20,822 nucleotides of DNA from a bacterium. GTDB taxonomy: Bacteria; Methylomirabilota; Methylomirabilia; CAVQYV01. The translations under genes were made by a program, and so were the position numbers. Below are positions 8,176 through 16,728 of the stretch, piece after piece. Every line of letters starts with the position of its first letter. Positions within the stretch are counted from its first letter, which is position 1. Below the pieces are notes generated by a model. The model ran no database searches. It was not told where the DNA came from and saw nothing but the letters and a program-made list of their open reading frames with translations. The DNA lies in assembly GCA_043800755.1 (NCBI GenBank), contig JAZDMQ010000030.1:1-20822 (forward strand), written 5' to 3'.

Positions 8176-8204
8176 TTTACAAATCAAGCGAAATTTGGTA
8201 ATTA
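8176..8204 (+). promoter_or_regulatory. Promoter for tRNA cluster
   Basis: A-tract (UP-like) upstream, TTTACA (8176-8181), 17-bp spacer, extended -10 TGgTAATTA. Confidence 0.55.
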
Positions 8205-8306
8205 GAAAATCCGGGGTGAAAAAGGACGATTGTCCGCTGGGCCAGAAACGGCCCTGAGGAATCGCAAGATATCCGGTTTTCGATTCCCTGACGAAGGATT
8301 CTCTGG

Positions 8307-8381
8307 GCGGGAATAGCTCAGTGGTAGAGCATCGCCTTGCCAAGGCGAGGGTCGCGGGTTCAAGTCCCGTTTCCCGCTCCA
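8307..8381 (+). tRNA. tRNA-Gly(GCC)
   Basis: GCGGGAA/TTCCCGC acceptor, anticodon loop TTGCCAA, GGTTCAAGTCC T-arm, encoded CCA. Confidence 0.97.
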
Positions 8382-8570
8382 CTCGATTTAAGTTGGAACC
8401 AGTAGTGATTCATTTATCATTTTGAGCGAGCAAGCTCAGCCCGCAAAGGGAAAGGCGGAGGGGGAATCGCCCAAATTCCTCCTCAAGCATTTGCGCCTGA
8501 TCACCGGGAAGAGATTTTTTGGGGTGTTATTTCTCCGGAAAATGTCCGAGGAGATGAACCCTCCAGGATC

Positions 8571-8646
8571 GGCGGCGTAGCCAAGTGGCTAAGGCAGAGG
8601 TCTGCAAAACCTTTATTCAGCGGTTCGAATCCGCTCGCCGCCTCCA
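8571..8646 (+). tRNA. tRNA-Cys(GCA)
   Basis: GGCGGCG/CGCCGCC acceptor, U discriminator, loop CTGCAAA, GGTTCGAATCC, CCA. Confidence 0.97.
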
Positions 8647-8686
8647 ATTTGGACAGGATGTCTGCTTTTGCTAACTTGGGGTGGCT

Positions 8687-8775
8687 GCCGGGGTGGCGGA
8701 ATTGGTAGACGCAAGGGACTTAAAATCCCTCGGGCTTTCCAGCCCGTACCGGTTCGATTCCGGTCCTCGGCACCA
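8687..8775 (+). tRNA. tRNA-Leu(TAA)
   Basis: GCCGGGG/CCTCGGC acceptor, loop CTTAAAA, long variable arm GGGCT..AGCCC, CCA. Confidence 0.97.
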
Positions 8776-8794
8776 AAAGAGGGGACGATCGCGA

Positions 8795-8869
8795 AGGCAC
8801 GTAGCTCAGGGGGAGAGCGCTTGCTTGACACGCAAGAGGTCGGCGGTTCAAGACCGCCCGTGCCTACCA
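8795..8869 (+). tRNA. tRNA-Val(GAC)
   Basis: AGGCACG/CGTGCCT acceptor, loop TTGACAC, GGTTCAAGACC, CCA. Confidence 0.96.
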
Positions 8870-8927
8870 CTCATTCCTTTGCCGCATACTGGATGAGCTC
8901 AACAAACGGTTAGATCTCAAAGGGCGG

Positions 8928-8967
8928 GGCATCATCGGCGAGAAGTTGCTGGTGGTGCCTTTTATTT
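8928..8967 (+). terminator. Terminator-like hairpin between tRNA cluster and thrS
   Basis: 14-bp stem GGCATCATCGGCGA/TTGCTGGTGGTGCC (four G-U pairs), GAAG loop, followed by TTTTATTT. Confidence 0.7.
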
Positions 8968-8981
8968 GGAAGAGGCGATTT

Positions 8982-10904
8982 ATGGGGAATTCAATTCATA
9001 TTGCGGTAAGGGGTGGAAAAGAAGAGGAATTTGTCCCCGGCATCATGATCTCTCAGGCGGTTCAGGAGCTTGCGGTCCAGCCCGCTGCCGAGGCGTTGGC
9101 AGCCAGGGTCGATAGAACCCTGCTCGATTTGAGCGTTCCTTTATACGAGGATTCGGAGATCGAGCTGGTCTTTCCGGAGAGTCAAGAGGGACTCTCCATC
9201 GTGCGCCATAGCACCTCCCATGTGATGGCAGAGGCGGTGGGACAGTTGTATCCCTCGGTCAAGTATGGCATCGGCCCCGCGATTGAGGATGGCTTCTATT
9301 ATGATTTTGATCTCCCTGAGACCTTGTCGGAGGAGCACATGGAGAGAATCGAGGCCAGGATGCGGGAGATCATCCAACAAGATCAGATCTTTCACCGCCG
9401 TACCATGACCAAAGAGGAGGCGAAGGCCTTCTTTTCCGAGCGAAACCAGGAATGGAAGGTGGAACTCTTGGAAGAACTGGAAGGGGCCCCCACCATTTAC
9501 GAGATTGGGGGGTTCTCCGACCTGTGCCGCGGCCCCCATATTCCTTCGACTGGAAGGATCAAGGCCTTCAAGTTGCTGAGCGTCGCCGGGGCTTATTGGA
9601 AGGGCAATGAACGGAATAAGATGCTGCAGCGGATTTACGGGGCGGCCTTTGCAGATGAAAGGTCACTGGCCGAATTCCTCCAGCGCCAGGAGGAGGCGAA
9701 GCGGAGGGATCACCGTCGCCTGGGGAAGGAACTGGATCTCTTCAGCATCCATGAAATCTCCGGACCTGGCCTGGTGCTGTGGCACCCCCGTGGGGCGGCA
9801 CTGAGGCGCATCGTGGAGGATTTTGAGAAGGACGAACACCTGAAGCGAGGCTACCAAATCGTTTCTACACCCCATCTGCTGAAGGCGGATATCTGGGTGG
9901 TCTCCGGCCACTATGAGAATTACCGGGAGAACATGTACTTCACCGAGATCGACGGGGTGGAGTATGGTATAAAGCCGATGAACTGCCCGGCCCATATGCT
10001 TATCTATCAGAACGGGATTCGCAGTTATCGAGATCTGCCCATCCGGTTTTTCGAGTTGGGCACCGTGTATCGCCATGAGAAGTCCGGGGTGCTCCACGGT
10101 CTGTTGCGCGTGCGGGGCTTTACCCAGGATGACGCCCATATCTTCTGCCTCCCCGAGCAGCTCAAGGAGGAGATCAAGGGAGTCCTCGACTTTGCCCTCT
10201 TCATGATGGAGACCTTTAGCTTCAACTATCATATCACCCTGGGGACTCGACCCGAGAAGTTCATCGGCGATGAGGCACACTGGGATCGGGCGACCTCCTC
10301 CCTGGTGGAAGCCCTGGTCGATAAGGGGTTGGAATATCGGGTGGCGGAGGGAGATGGGGCCTTCTATGGTCCCAAGGTGGACATCGCCTTAAAAGACGCC
10401 ATCGGCAGGGCCTGGGATGGTCCCACCATCCAGGTGGATTTTGCCTTGCCCGAGCGCTTCGACCTCTCCTATGTTGGCTCGGATGGAAAGAGACATCGTC
10501 CGGTCATGGTGCACCGCACGGTCTTGGGAAGCATGGAGCGCTTCCTGGGGATCCTCATCGAGCACTATGCCGGGGCATTCCCGGTTTGGCTGGCCCCGAT
10601 TCAGGTGCGGATCTTGGCCCTGACCGAGCGACAGCAGCCTTATGCCGCCCGCCTTTTTGAGCGACTCATGCGAGAGGGTCTGCGAGTGGAGATGGATCTG
10701 CGCAATGAGAAGATCGGCCTGAAAGTGCGGGAGGCTGAGATGTTGAAGATTCCCTACATGCTGGTAGTGGGTGATAAGGAGGAGAAGGAAGAATCCGTCT
10801 CTTTGCGGGAGCGGAGTGGAAAGGATTTGGGACGGATCTCCCTGGAGGAATTCCTCCGCTTGGCGAAGAAGGAGGCTCGATTGCCAGAGGGCCGTTCCCT
10901 TTAG
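8982..10904 (+). CDS. thrS: Threonine--tRNA ligase
   Basis: TGS domain, editing HSTSH and DLCRGPH, RDHRRLG, KPMNCPAH, RVRGFTQDDAH, GAFYGPK; ATG 8982 after GAAGAGG. Confidence 0.98.
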   Translation: MGNSIHIAVRGGKEEEFVPGIMISQAVQELAVQPAAEALAARVDRTLLDLSVPLYEDSEIELVFPESQEGLSIVRHSTSHVMAEAVGQLYPSVKYGIGPAIEDGFYYDFDLPETLSEEHMERIEARMREIIQQDQIFHRRTMTKEEAKAFFSERNQEWKVELLEELEGAPTIYEIGGFSDLCRGPHIPSTGRIKAFKLLSVAGAYWKGNERNKMLQRIYGAAFADERSLAEFLQRQEEAKRRDHRRLGKELDLFSIHEISGPGLVLWHPRGAALRRIVEDFEKDEHLKRGYQIVSTPHLLKADIWVVSGHYENYRENMYFTEIDGVEYGIKPMNCPAHMLIYQNGIRSYRDLPIRFFELGTVYRHEKSGVLHGLLRVRGFTQDDAHIFCLPEQLKEEIKGVLDFALFMMETFSFNYHITLGTRPEKFIGDEAHWDRATSSLVEALVDKGLEYRVAEGDGAFYGPKVDIALKDAIGRAWDGPTIQVDFALPERFDLSYVGSDGKRHRPVMVHRTVLGSMERFLGILIEHYAGAFPVWLAPIQVRILALTERQQPYAARLFERLMREGLRVEMDLRNEKIGLKVREAEMLKIPYMLVVGDKEEKEESVSLRERSGKDLGRISLEEFLRLAKKEARLPEGRSL

Positions 10905-10929
10905 GCGAAACTGAGGAGGTGAGTGGACT

Positions 10930-11439
10930 ATCGGGAGAGCGGGAAGGGTTAACGAGAAGATCAGGTGCAACGAAGTAAGGGTCATCAATCCCAATGGGGT
11001 TCAACTGGGAGTGATGAGCCCGCAGGAGGCGCTACAAACAGCCATGAGCTTGGGTCTGGATCTGGTGGAAGTCGCACCAGACGCGAATCCTCCGGTGTGC
11101 CGGATCATGGACTACGGGAAATATCGGTACGAGCAAAGCAAGAAGGCAAAAGAGGCGAGGAAGAAGCAGACCGTCATCCAGATCAAAGAGATCAAGATGC
11201 GACCCAAGACGGATGAACATGATCTGCAGTTTAAAACCAGGAACATCGAGAAGTTCTTGAAGGAGGGAAACAAGGCGAAGGTTACCATGATCTTCAGGGG
11301 TCGTGAGGTGATGCACACCAACCTCGGAAGGAAGATGCTGGATCAGCTGGCCGAGGAGCTTAAGGAGTGTGCCATCATCGAGCAGATGCCCTGCCTCGCA
11401 GGTAAGAGCATGGTGATGATCCTGGCCCCGAAGCATTAA
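10930..11439 (+). CDS. infC: Translation initiation factor IF-3 (non-canonical ATC start)
   Basis: Conserved N-terminus [24 protein letters not shown] is in frame upstream of the called ORF; ATC at 10930 lies 7 nt after [36 protein letters not shown]. Confidence 0.93.
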   Translation: MGRAGRVNEKIRCNEVRVINPNGVQLGVMSPQEALQTAMSLGLDLVEVAPDANPPVCRIMDYGKYRYEQSKKAKEARKKQTVIQIKEIKMRPKTDEHDLQFKTRNIEKFLKEGNKAKVTMIFRGREVMHTNLGRKMLDQLAEELKECAIIEQMPCLAGKSMVMILAPKH

Positions 11440-11540
11440 GTTGCCCCTGTCCCGCGCCGCATTTCTTTCGGCCGCCCACCTGGGATTGGAGAGGTCATCC
11501 CGCGCCTGAATTGGGAGATGAAGACTCGAAGGAGGGTATT

Positions 11541-11738
11541 ATGCCCAAAATGAAGACGATGAAAGGGGCGTCCAAGCGTTTTCGCATGACCGCCCACGGC
11601 AAGATTAAACGAGAGAAGTCATTCGCCAACCACATTTTGACCAAGAAGTCTCAGGGCAGAAAAAGGAACCTGAGGAAACCGGCGTTAGTTTCCGATGCGG
11701 ATTACGATCGCATCCGGCGCTTGCTGCCTTATGCCTGA
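11541..11738 (+). CDS. rpmI: 50S ribosomal protein L35
   Basis: [14 protein letters not shown]...HILTKK...LLPY; SD AAGGAGG. Confidence 0.97.
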   Translation: MPKMKTMKGASKRFRMTAHGKIKREKSFANHILTKKSQGRKRNLRKPALVSDADYDRIRRLLPYA

Positions 11739-11831
11739 GCATCGGGGCTGGTAGCGAGAGGAGTCCTGGGGATGAGACCCGGGATTTGAATAATATGATT
11801 TCAGCAAGGGTAAGATCTTTGGAGGATTAGA

Positions 11832-12191
11832 ATGCCAAGGGCAAGAGGCGGTTTTAAGACCAGGCGAAGGAGAAACAAAGTCCTCGCGATGGCCAAAGGC
11901 TATTGGGGAGGGAGGAGAAAGTTATTCCGTACCGCTCAGGAAGCGGTCGACAAGGCCCTCCAGTATTCCTATCGCGATCGCAAGGCTCGGAAAAGGGACT
12001 TTCGACGCCTCTGGATCGTCAGGATTAACGCTGCCTCTCGGCAGCATGGGCTCTCCTATCAGCTCTTCATCTCTGGACTGAAAAGGGCCGGGATCATTCT
12101 GGATCGTAAGGTCTTGGCGGATCTGGCAATTAGGGATGCGGCTGCCTTCAGCCGCCTCGTCGATATTGTCCGGTCGCAGCGTGCTGCTTGA
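11832..12191 (+). CDS. rplT: 50S ribosomal protein L20
   Basis: [38 protein letters not shown]. Confidence 0.98.
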   Translation: MPRARGGFKTRRRRNKVLAMAKGYWGGRRKLFRTAQEAVDKALQYSYRDRKARKRDFRRLWIVRINAASRQHGLSYQLFISGLKRAGIILDRKVLADLAIRDAAAFSRLVDIVRSQRAA

Positions 12192-12208
12192 AGGCTCAGC
12201 ATCGCGGG

Positions 12209-12240
12209 AATACCGCCAGGATATTCCTGGCGGTATTTTT
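12209..12240 (+). terminator. Intrinsic terminator after rplT
   Basis: AATACCGCCAGGA/TCCTGGCGGTATT inverted repeat followed by a T run. Confidence 0.85.
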
Positions 12241-12269
12241 ATCGTAGGGCAAGAGGGAAGGAAAAGGGG

Positions 12270-13295
12270 ATGTGGGGAAAGCTGGCCCAGTTGAGGGAAG
12301 AGGCGCTCTCTGCCATACGGGCTACCCGCAGCATGGACGATCTGGACAGGGTGCGCATCCAGTACTTGGGGAGGAAGGGATTCCTCACTTCTCTCCTCCG
12401 AGGAGTGGGCGCCCTGTCCATGGATTTACGCCCTGAGGTGGGCAAGCAGGCCAATCTCCTGAAGGCGGAGCTGGATGATCAGCTTCAGCGGCGCATGGAG
12501 GAGATCAAGGCTCAAGATCGGGAGCAGATGGAGAGGGAGAGGAAGATCGATATCACCCTTCCAGGAAGGCCGCTGACCTTGGGGTCCGTACATCCCTTGA
12601 CAGCCGTCTTTCAAGAGATTATCGAGATCTTTTCCCATTTGGGCTTTGAGATCGCGGAAGGGCCGGAGGTGGAGCTGGACTATTACAACTTCGAGGCCCT
12701 CAACATACCCAAGGATCATCCGGCCCGGGACATGCAGGATACCTTCTACATTTCGGATGACCTGCTTCTGCGGACCCATACCTCCCCGGTGCAGATCCGC
12801 GTCATGGAGAAGTACCAGCCTCCCCTCCGCATCATCGCTCCCGGCAGGGTGTATCGGCGGGATGACGATATCTCTCACACCCCGATGTTTCATCAGGTGG
12901 AGGGATTCTTGGTGGACGAGGGGGTTAGCTTCGCAGATCTCAAGGGGGTCCTGGAGGTCTTCGCCCAGCAGGCCTTCGACCAGGAGACCAAGGTTCGCTT
13001 TCGCCCCAGCTTTTTCCCGTTTACCGAGCCGAGCGCGGAAGTGGACATTGCCTGCATCATCTGCAAAGGATCGGGGTGCCGGCTCTGTTCCCAAACTGGA
13101 TGGCTAGAGATCTTAGGATCGGGGATGATTCATCCCGCCCTTTTGGAGAGGGTGGGCTATGACCCGGAGAGATGGAGCGGTTTTGCCTTCGGGATGGGGG
13201 TGGAGAGAATCGCGATGCTAAAATACGGCATTGACGACATCCGGCTCTTCTTCGAGAACGATCTGCGATTTCTGCAGCAGCTGCAAGGGATATAG
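12270..13295 (+). CDS. pheS: Phenylalanine--tRNA ligase alpha subunit
   Basis: HPARDMQDTFY, LRTHTSPVQ, FPFTEPSAE, GFAFGMGVER. Confidence 0.98.
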   Translation: MWGKLAQLREEALSAIRATRSMDDLDRVRIQYLGRKGFLTSLLRGVGALSMDLRPEVGKQANLLKAELDDQLQRRMEEIKAQDREQMERERKIDITLPGRPLTLGSVHPLTAVFQEIIEIFSHLGFEIAEGPEVELDYYNFEALNIPKDHPARDMQDTFYISDDLLLRTHTSPVQIRVMEKYQPPLRIIAPGRVYRRDDDISHTPMFHQVEGFLVDEGVSFADLKGVLEVFAQQAFDQETKVRFRPSFFPFTEPSAEVDIACIICKGSGCRLCSQTGWLEILGSGMIHPALLERVGYDPERWSGFAFGMGVERIAMLKYGIDDIRLFFENDLRFLQQLQGI

Positions 13296-13317
13296 AAGGT
13301 AGATCAGGGATTCAACG

Positions 13318-15720
13318 ATGAAAGTGAGCATCAACTGGCTTTCCGATTTTGTGAAGGTCGACCTCCCGCCGGAAGAGTTGGCCGATCGATTGACCATGGC
13401 GGGCCTCGAGGTGGAGGAATGTGCTCGCGGGGGGGGGGAATATGGCGGAATCGTGGTGGGAAGGGTCCGCTCCGTCAGTCCCCATCCCCAGGCCGATTGG
13501 TTGAGCCTGTGCCAGGTGGAAGTCAAGTCGGAAGTGGTTCCCATTGTCTGCGGGGCGACCAACATTCGGCCCTCTCATCATGTGCCGGTGGCGCTCCCCG
13601 GGTCGGTCCTTCCCAACGGCACCCGCATCGAGAAGGCAGAGATCCGAGGGGAGATCTCCTTTGGCATGATGTGCTCAGAATTCGAGCTGGGCCTGGGGGA
13701 GGATGCGACGGGCATCCTGATCCTCCCGGAGGATAGCCCCCCGGGGGAGCCGATCTCCTCCGCCCTGAAATTGGAGGATTGGGTCCTGGATATGAGCGTT
13801 ACCCCCAACCGGGGCGATTGCCTGTCCGTTCTGGGGATTGCCCGGGAGGTGGCCGCGATCCTGGGCGCTCCCCTCCGTCAGTGGGAGGCGAAGCTGCAAG
13901 AGGGGGGAATTCCCATTGAACGCTTGACCTCGGTGCGGATCGAAGACGAAGACCTGTGCGGCCGCTATGCGGCGCGGGTGATTCAGGGGGCAAAGATTGG
14001 CCCCTCCCCCCTGTGGATGCGCTGGAGGCTGCAGACGGTAGGTGTCCGGCCCATCAGCAATGTGGTCGATGTCACCAATTATGTGATGATCGACCGGGGC
14101 CAGCCCCTCCATGCCTTTGATTTTGACCGGCTGAAGGGTAAGAGGATTGTGGTGCGCCGGGCGAGGGAGGGAGAGACCATCGTTACTCTGGATGGGATGA
14201 ACAGGGCGCTCACCCGGCAAATGCTGGTTATCGCGGACGCGGAGGATGCTGTTGCGGTTGCCGGGGTCATGGGAGGCTCTACCTCGGAGGTCGGACCCCA
14301 AACCCGGGCCATTCTCCTGGAGAGCGCATGGTTCAACCCGGTGAGCATTCGTCGGACCTCCAAGGCCCTTGGTCTGCAATCGGAGGCCTCTTACCGTTTT
14401 GAAAGGGGGGTGGACCCGGAGGGCACCGTCCGCGCCATCGACTGGGCGAGCCAGCTCATGTTGGAAGTGGCAGGAGGGGAATTGGCGGCTGGGGTCTTCG
14501 ATGCCTATCCTCGTCGCTACGCCGCCCAGACCATTCCTCTCCGGACGAAGAGGGTCAATCGCATCTTGGGGGTTGGATTGAGCCGGAGACAAATCGCCTC
14601 GATCCTGAATCGACTGCAATTCCCGATTCCCTCCCAGGGTGACGGCACAATCGAGGTTGAGGTTCCCAGCTTTCGGGGAGATATCAACCGGGAGATCGAC
14701 CTCATTGAGGAGATTGCCCGCATCTACGGGTACGAGCGGATCCCCAGGTCCCTGCCCCAGGGAGCCATTCGGCCGCAGGAAGCCTCTTGGGCGCCCTCCG
14801 TGGAGAAGCTGATCAAGCGTCTGATGAGTGCCTCCGGCTTTTTCGAGGTGATAAATTTCAGCTTTACAAGGCGGGAGGTCTTTGATAGATTGCGCCTGGC
14901 AGGGGATGATCCCCTGCGCAAGACAGTGGCCTTGAGGAACCCCCTGAGCGAGGAGGCCTGTGTCCTCAGGACCAGTCTCCTGCCAAGCCTGTTGGAGAAT
15001 CTGCGCTGGAACGAGAACCGGAATCTGCGGGATGTGAAGATCTTTGAGATCGCCAAGACCTTCCATGCGTGGGATTCTTCGGACCTGCCTCGAGAGCGAA
15101 AGGAAATGGCGGCGGTGGCCATTGGCGCTCGCGGGGCACTCCATTGGGATGGAGGAAAGGGGGAGGTGGACTTCTTCTTCCTGAAGGGGGTCTTGGACGC
15201 CCTGGGGAAGATGTTGGGCCTAAAGATGGAATTGGGCCCCATTGCTTTTCCCTTCCTGCACCCGGGGAGGGCAGCCGGGATTGAGGCGGGCGGACATACG
15301 CTCGGATGGATTGGTGAGATTCATCCAGAGGTCGCTGAGGGATTTGGCCTATCGTCAACTCCCTTTGTCTTCGGATTGGCCGATTTGGAGTTGATTGCCA
15401 CCCTTTTCCATCCCCAGAGGAGATATTCATCTCTTCCCAGATTTCCAGCAGTGGTGAGGGATGTGGCGCTGATGGTTCCCGGGGACCTTCCCTGCCTCAG
15501 GCCCTACGAATTGATCCGGAAGGCGGGAGGGGATCTGGTAGATGAAGTAAGGCTCTTCGATGTCTACCAAGGGCAGAAGATTCCTGCCGGTTATAAGAGC
15601 CTGGCTTTTTCCATTTACTATCGGGCCGAGGATCGGACACTGACCGATGAAGAGGTAAATCAGGTCCACGGTGCCCTTCTGGAGGTCCTTAGGAGGGACT
15701 TGGGGGCGGAAATCAGGTAA
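13318..15720 (+). CDS. pheT: Phenylalanine--tRNA ligase beta subunit
   Basis: TPNRGDCLS, NVVDVTNYVM, RFERGVD, DLIEEIARIYG, FDVYQG...KSLAF...RTLTDEEV. Confidence 0.98.
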   Translation: MKVSINWLSDFVKVDLPPEELADRLTMAGLEVEECARGGGEYGGIVVGRVRSVSPHPQADWLSLCQVEVKSEVVPIVCGATNIRPSHHVPVALPGSVLPNGTRIEKAEIRGEISFGMMCSEFELGLGEDATGILILPEDSPPGEPISSALKLEDWVLDMSVTPNRGDCLSVLGIAREVAAILGAPLRQWEAKLQEGGIPIERLTSVRIEDEDLCGRYAARVIQGAKIGPSPLWMRWRLQTVGVRPISNVVDVTNYVMIDRGQPLHAFDFDRLKGKRIVVRRAREGETIVTLDGMNRALTRQMLVIADAEDAVAVAGVMGGSTSEVGPQTRAILLESAWFNPVSIRRTSKALGLQSEASYRFERGVDPEGTVRAIDWASQLMLEVAGGELAAGVFDAYPRRYAAQTIPLRTKRVNRILGVGLSRRQIASILNRLQFPIPSQGDGTIEVEVPSFRGDINREIDLIEEIARIYGYERIPRSLPQGAIRPQEASWAPSVEKLIKRLMSASGFFEVINFSFTRREVFDRLRLAGDDPLRKTVALRNPLSEEACVLRTSLLPSLLENLRWNENRNLRDVKIFEIAKTFHAWDSSDLPRERKEMAAVAIGARGALHWDGGKGEVDFFFLKGVLDALGKMLGLKMELGPIAFPFLHPGRAAGIEAGGHTLGWIGEIHPEVAEGFGLSSTPFVFGLADLELIATLFHPQRRYSSLPRFPAVVRDVALMVPGDLPCLRPYELIRKAGGDLVDEVRLFDVYQGQKIPAGYKSLAFSIYYRAEDRTLTDEEVNQVHGALLEVLRRDLGAEIR

Positions 15721-15741
15721 GAAAAGGGGGATCCAGAAACC

Positions 15742-16041
15742 GTGAAGGCACAGGGGGCGTTAGCGGAGAAGTTGAAGGAATTGGAGGCCAAGATCAGGAT
15801 ACTCCTCAGCGAGGTTTCTCGATCGCGGCAGGAGAAGAAAGACCTGATGGCCGCCATGAAAGAGTTAGAGGCGAAAGTGACTGCGCTGGCCGAGCAGCTC
15901 GATGTGGAAAGGGCAGAGAAGGAACAACTGGGTTTGGAATTAAAGCAAGTGGCGGAAGAGAAAGAGGAGATTCGGTCGAAGGTTGAGGGGATGCTGGCGG
16001 AGGTGTCTCGTATGGAATCGAGTCTCAGTGAGCCGGCCTGA
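15742..16041 (+). CDS. Coiled-coil protein, ZapB-like cell division protein
   Basis: 99-aa all-heptad coiled coil directly upstream of zapA; ends KEEIRSKVEGMLAEV, resembling ZapB-like C-termini. Confidence 0.65.
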   Translation: MKAQGALAEKLKELEAKIRILLSEVSRSRQEKKDLMAAMKELEAKVTALAEQLDVERAEKEQLGLELKQVAEEKEEIRSKVEGMLAEVSRMESSLSEPA

Positions 16042-16052
16042 GGAGATTGAGG

Positions 16053-16340
16053 ATGGGCATCGCCAAGGTAGAGATCTTTGGTGAGAAGTACACACTGCGT
16101 GGCGAGGCGGATGTCGAGCACATCCAGAAAGTGGCCCAGTACGTAGATGGCAAGTTCTCAGAGGTCGCGAAGTCCTCGCCAACCCTTTCACCCAGCAAGA
16201 TGGCGATCTTAACCTCCTTGAACATTGCGGATGAGCTCGTCCGTTTTGAAGAGGAGAAGACGGGTGTAGAGAGTTTTATTCTGGCAAAGATCGGGGAATT
16301 GATATCCTTGGTGGAGGAGGAGATCAAAGCGATCCCTTGA
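16053..16340 (+). CDS. zapA: Cell division protein ZapA
   Basis: VEIFGEKYTL...VAQYVDGK...AILTSLNIADEL motif. Confidence 0.93.
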   Translation: MGIAKVEIFGEKYTLRGEADVEHIQKVAQYVDGKFSEVAKSSPTLSPSKMAILTSLNIADELVRFEEEKTGVESFILAKIGELISLVEEEIKAIP

Positions 16341-16388
16341 TGAGGAGAGGTGGTTCAGGTTCAGGAGTCTCACAGAAAAGAAAAAGGC

Positions 16389-16417
16389 TTGCCGCATAGA
16401 AATAAATATGGTAATTT
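16389..16417 (+). promoter_or_regulatory. Promoter for 6S RNA
   Basis: A-tract, TTGCCG (16389-16394), 17-bp spacer, extended -10 TGgTAATTT. Confidence 0.6.
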
Positions 16418-16445
16418 GTCTCTGGTTATGGTGTCAGATCGCCGG

Positions 16446-16626
16446 AATCCCCTACCGTGTTCGTGATGGGGCGATTATTTTTGAGCCAACACATCCAAAA
16501 GGGGAACCCCTTTCCAAGCATGGTGCGCAGGCCCTCGAGAAGGGAAGCCTAAAGTGCTTTCGGGGTGCCCACCTGGTTCATCAGGTTCAAAAAGATAGCT
16601 CTCACACGGCATTCGTAGGGGGTTTT
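16446..16626 (+). ncRNA. ssrS: 6S RNA
   Basis: Canonical zapA-6S-ygfA position; ~180-nt rod with closing stem AATCCCCTAC..GTGTTCGTG / CAC..CGGCAT..GTAGGGGGTT, inner TTTTTGAGCC/GGTTCAAAAA and a central bubble; ends approximate. Confidence 0.88.
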
Positions 16627-16728
16627 TCTTTTCTCGTGACTTCCGATCTTTATCGCCTTACCCTCCCTTTCCTCCATCGCGGATCCTCTAAGTCCCCGCG
16701 TTCTGTCCCCTGACTGTTCGTTCGTCCC

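Noticed and set aside
1..8400. Genomic island integrated at the tRNA cluster
   Set aside because: No integrase, transposase or duplicated tRNA 3' end seen.
8571..8775. tRNA-Sec or a UGA suppressor in the cluster
   Set aside because: Anticodons are GCA (Cys) and TAA (Leu) with standard 7-bp acceptor stems; no UCA anticodon is present.
8125..8913. ORFs 8125-8382, 8613-8870, 8668-8913 and 8681-8896
   Set aside because: They are translations of tRNA genes or their antisense.
8870..8981. T-box riboswitch upstream of thrS
   Set aside because: Too short for stem I and lacks the GGTGGNACCGCG antiterminator consensus.
13675..15144. 489-aa antisense ORF, and similar shadow ORFs across the TPR gene, thrS, pheS and rny
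   Set aside because: Antisense or alternate-frame shadows of well-supported genes in GC-rich DNA, with no recognisable motifs.
16408..16713. 101-aa ORF between zapA and ygfA
   Set aside because: Overlaps the 6S RNA and has no protein-like features.
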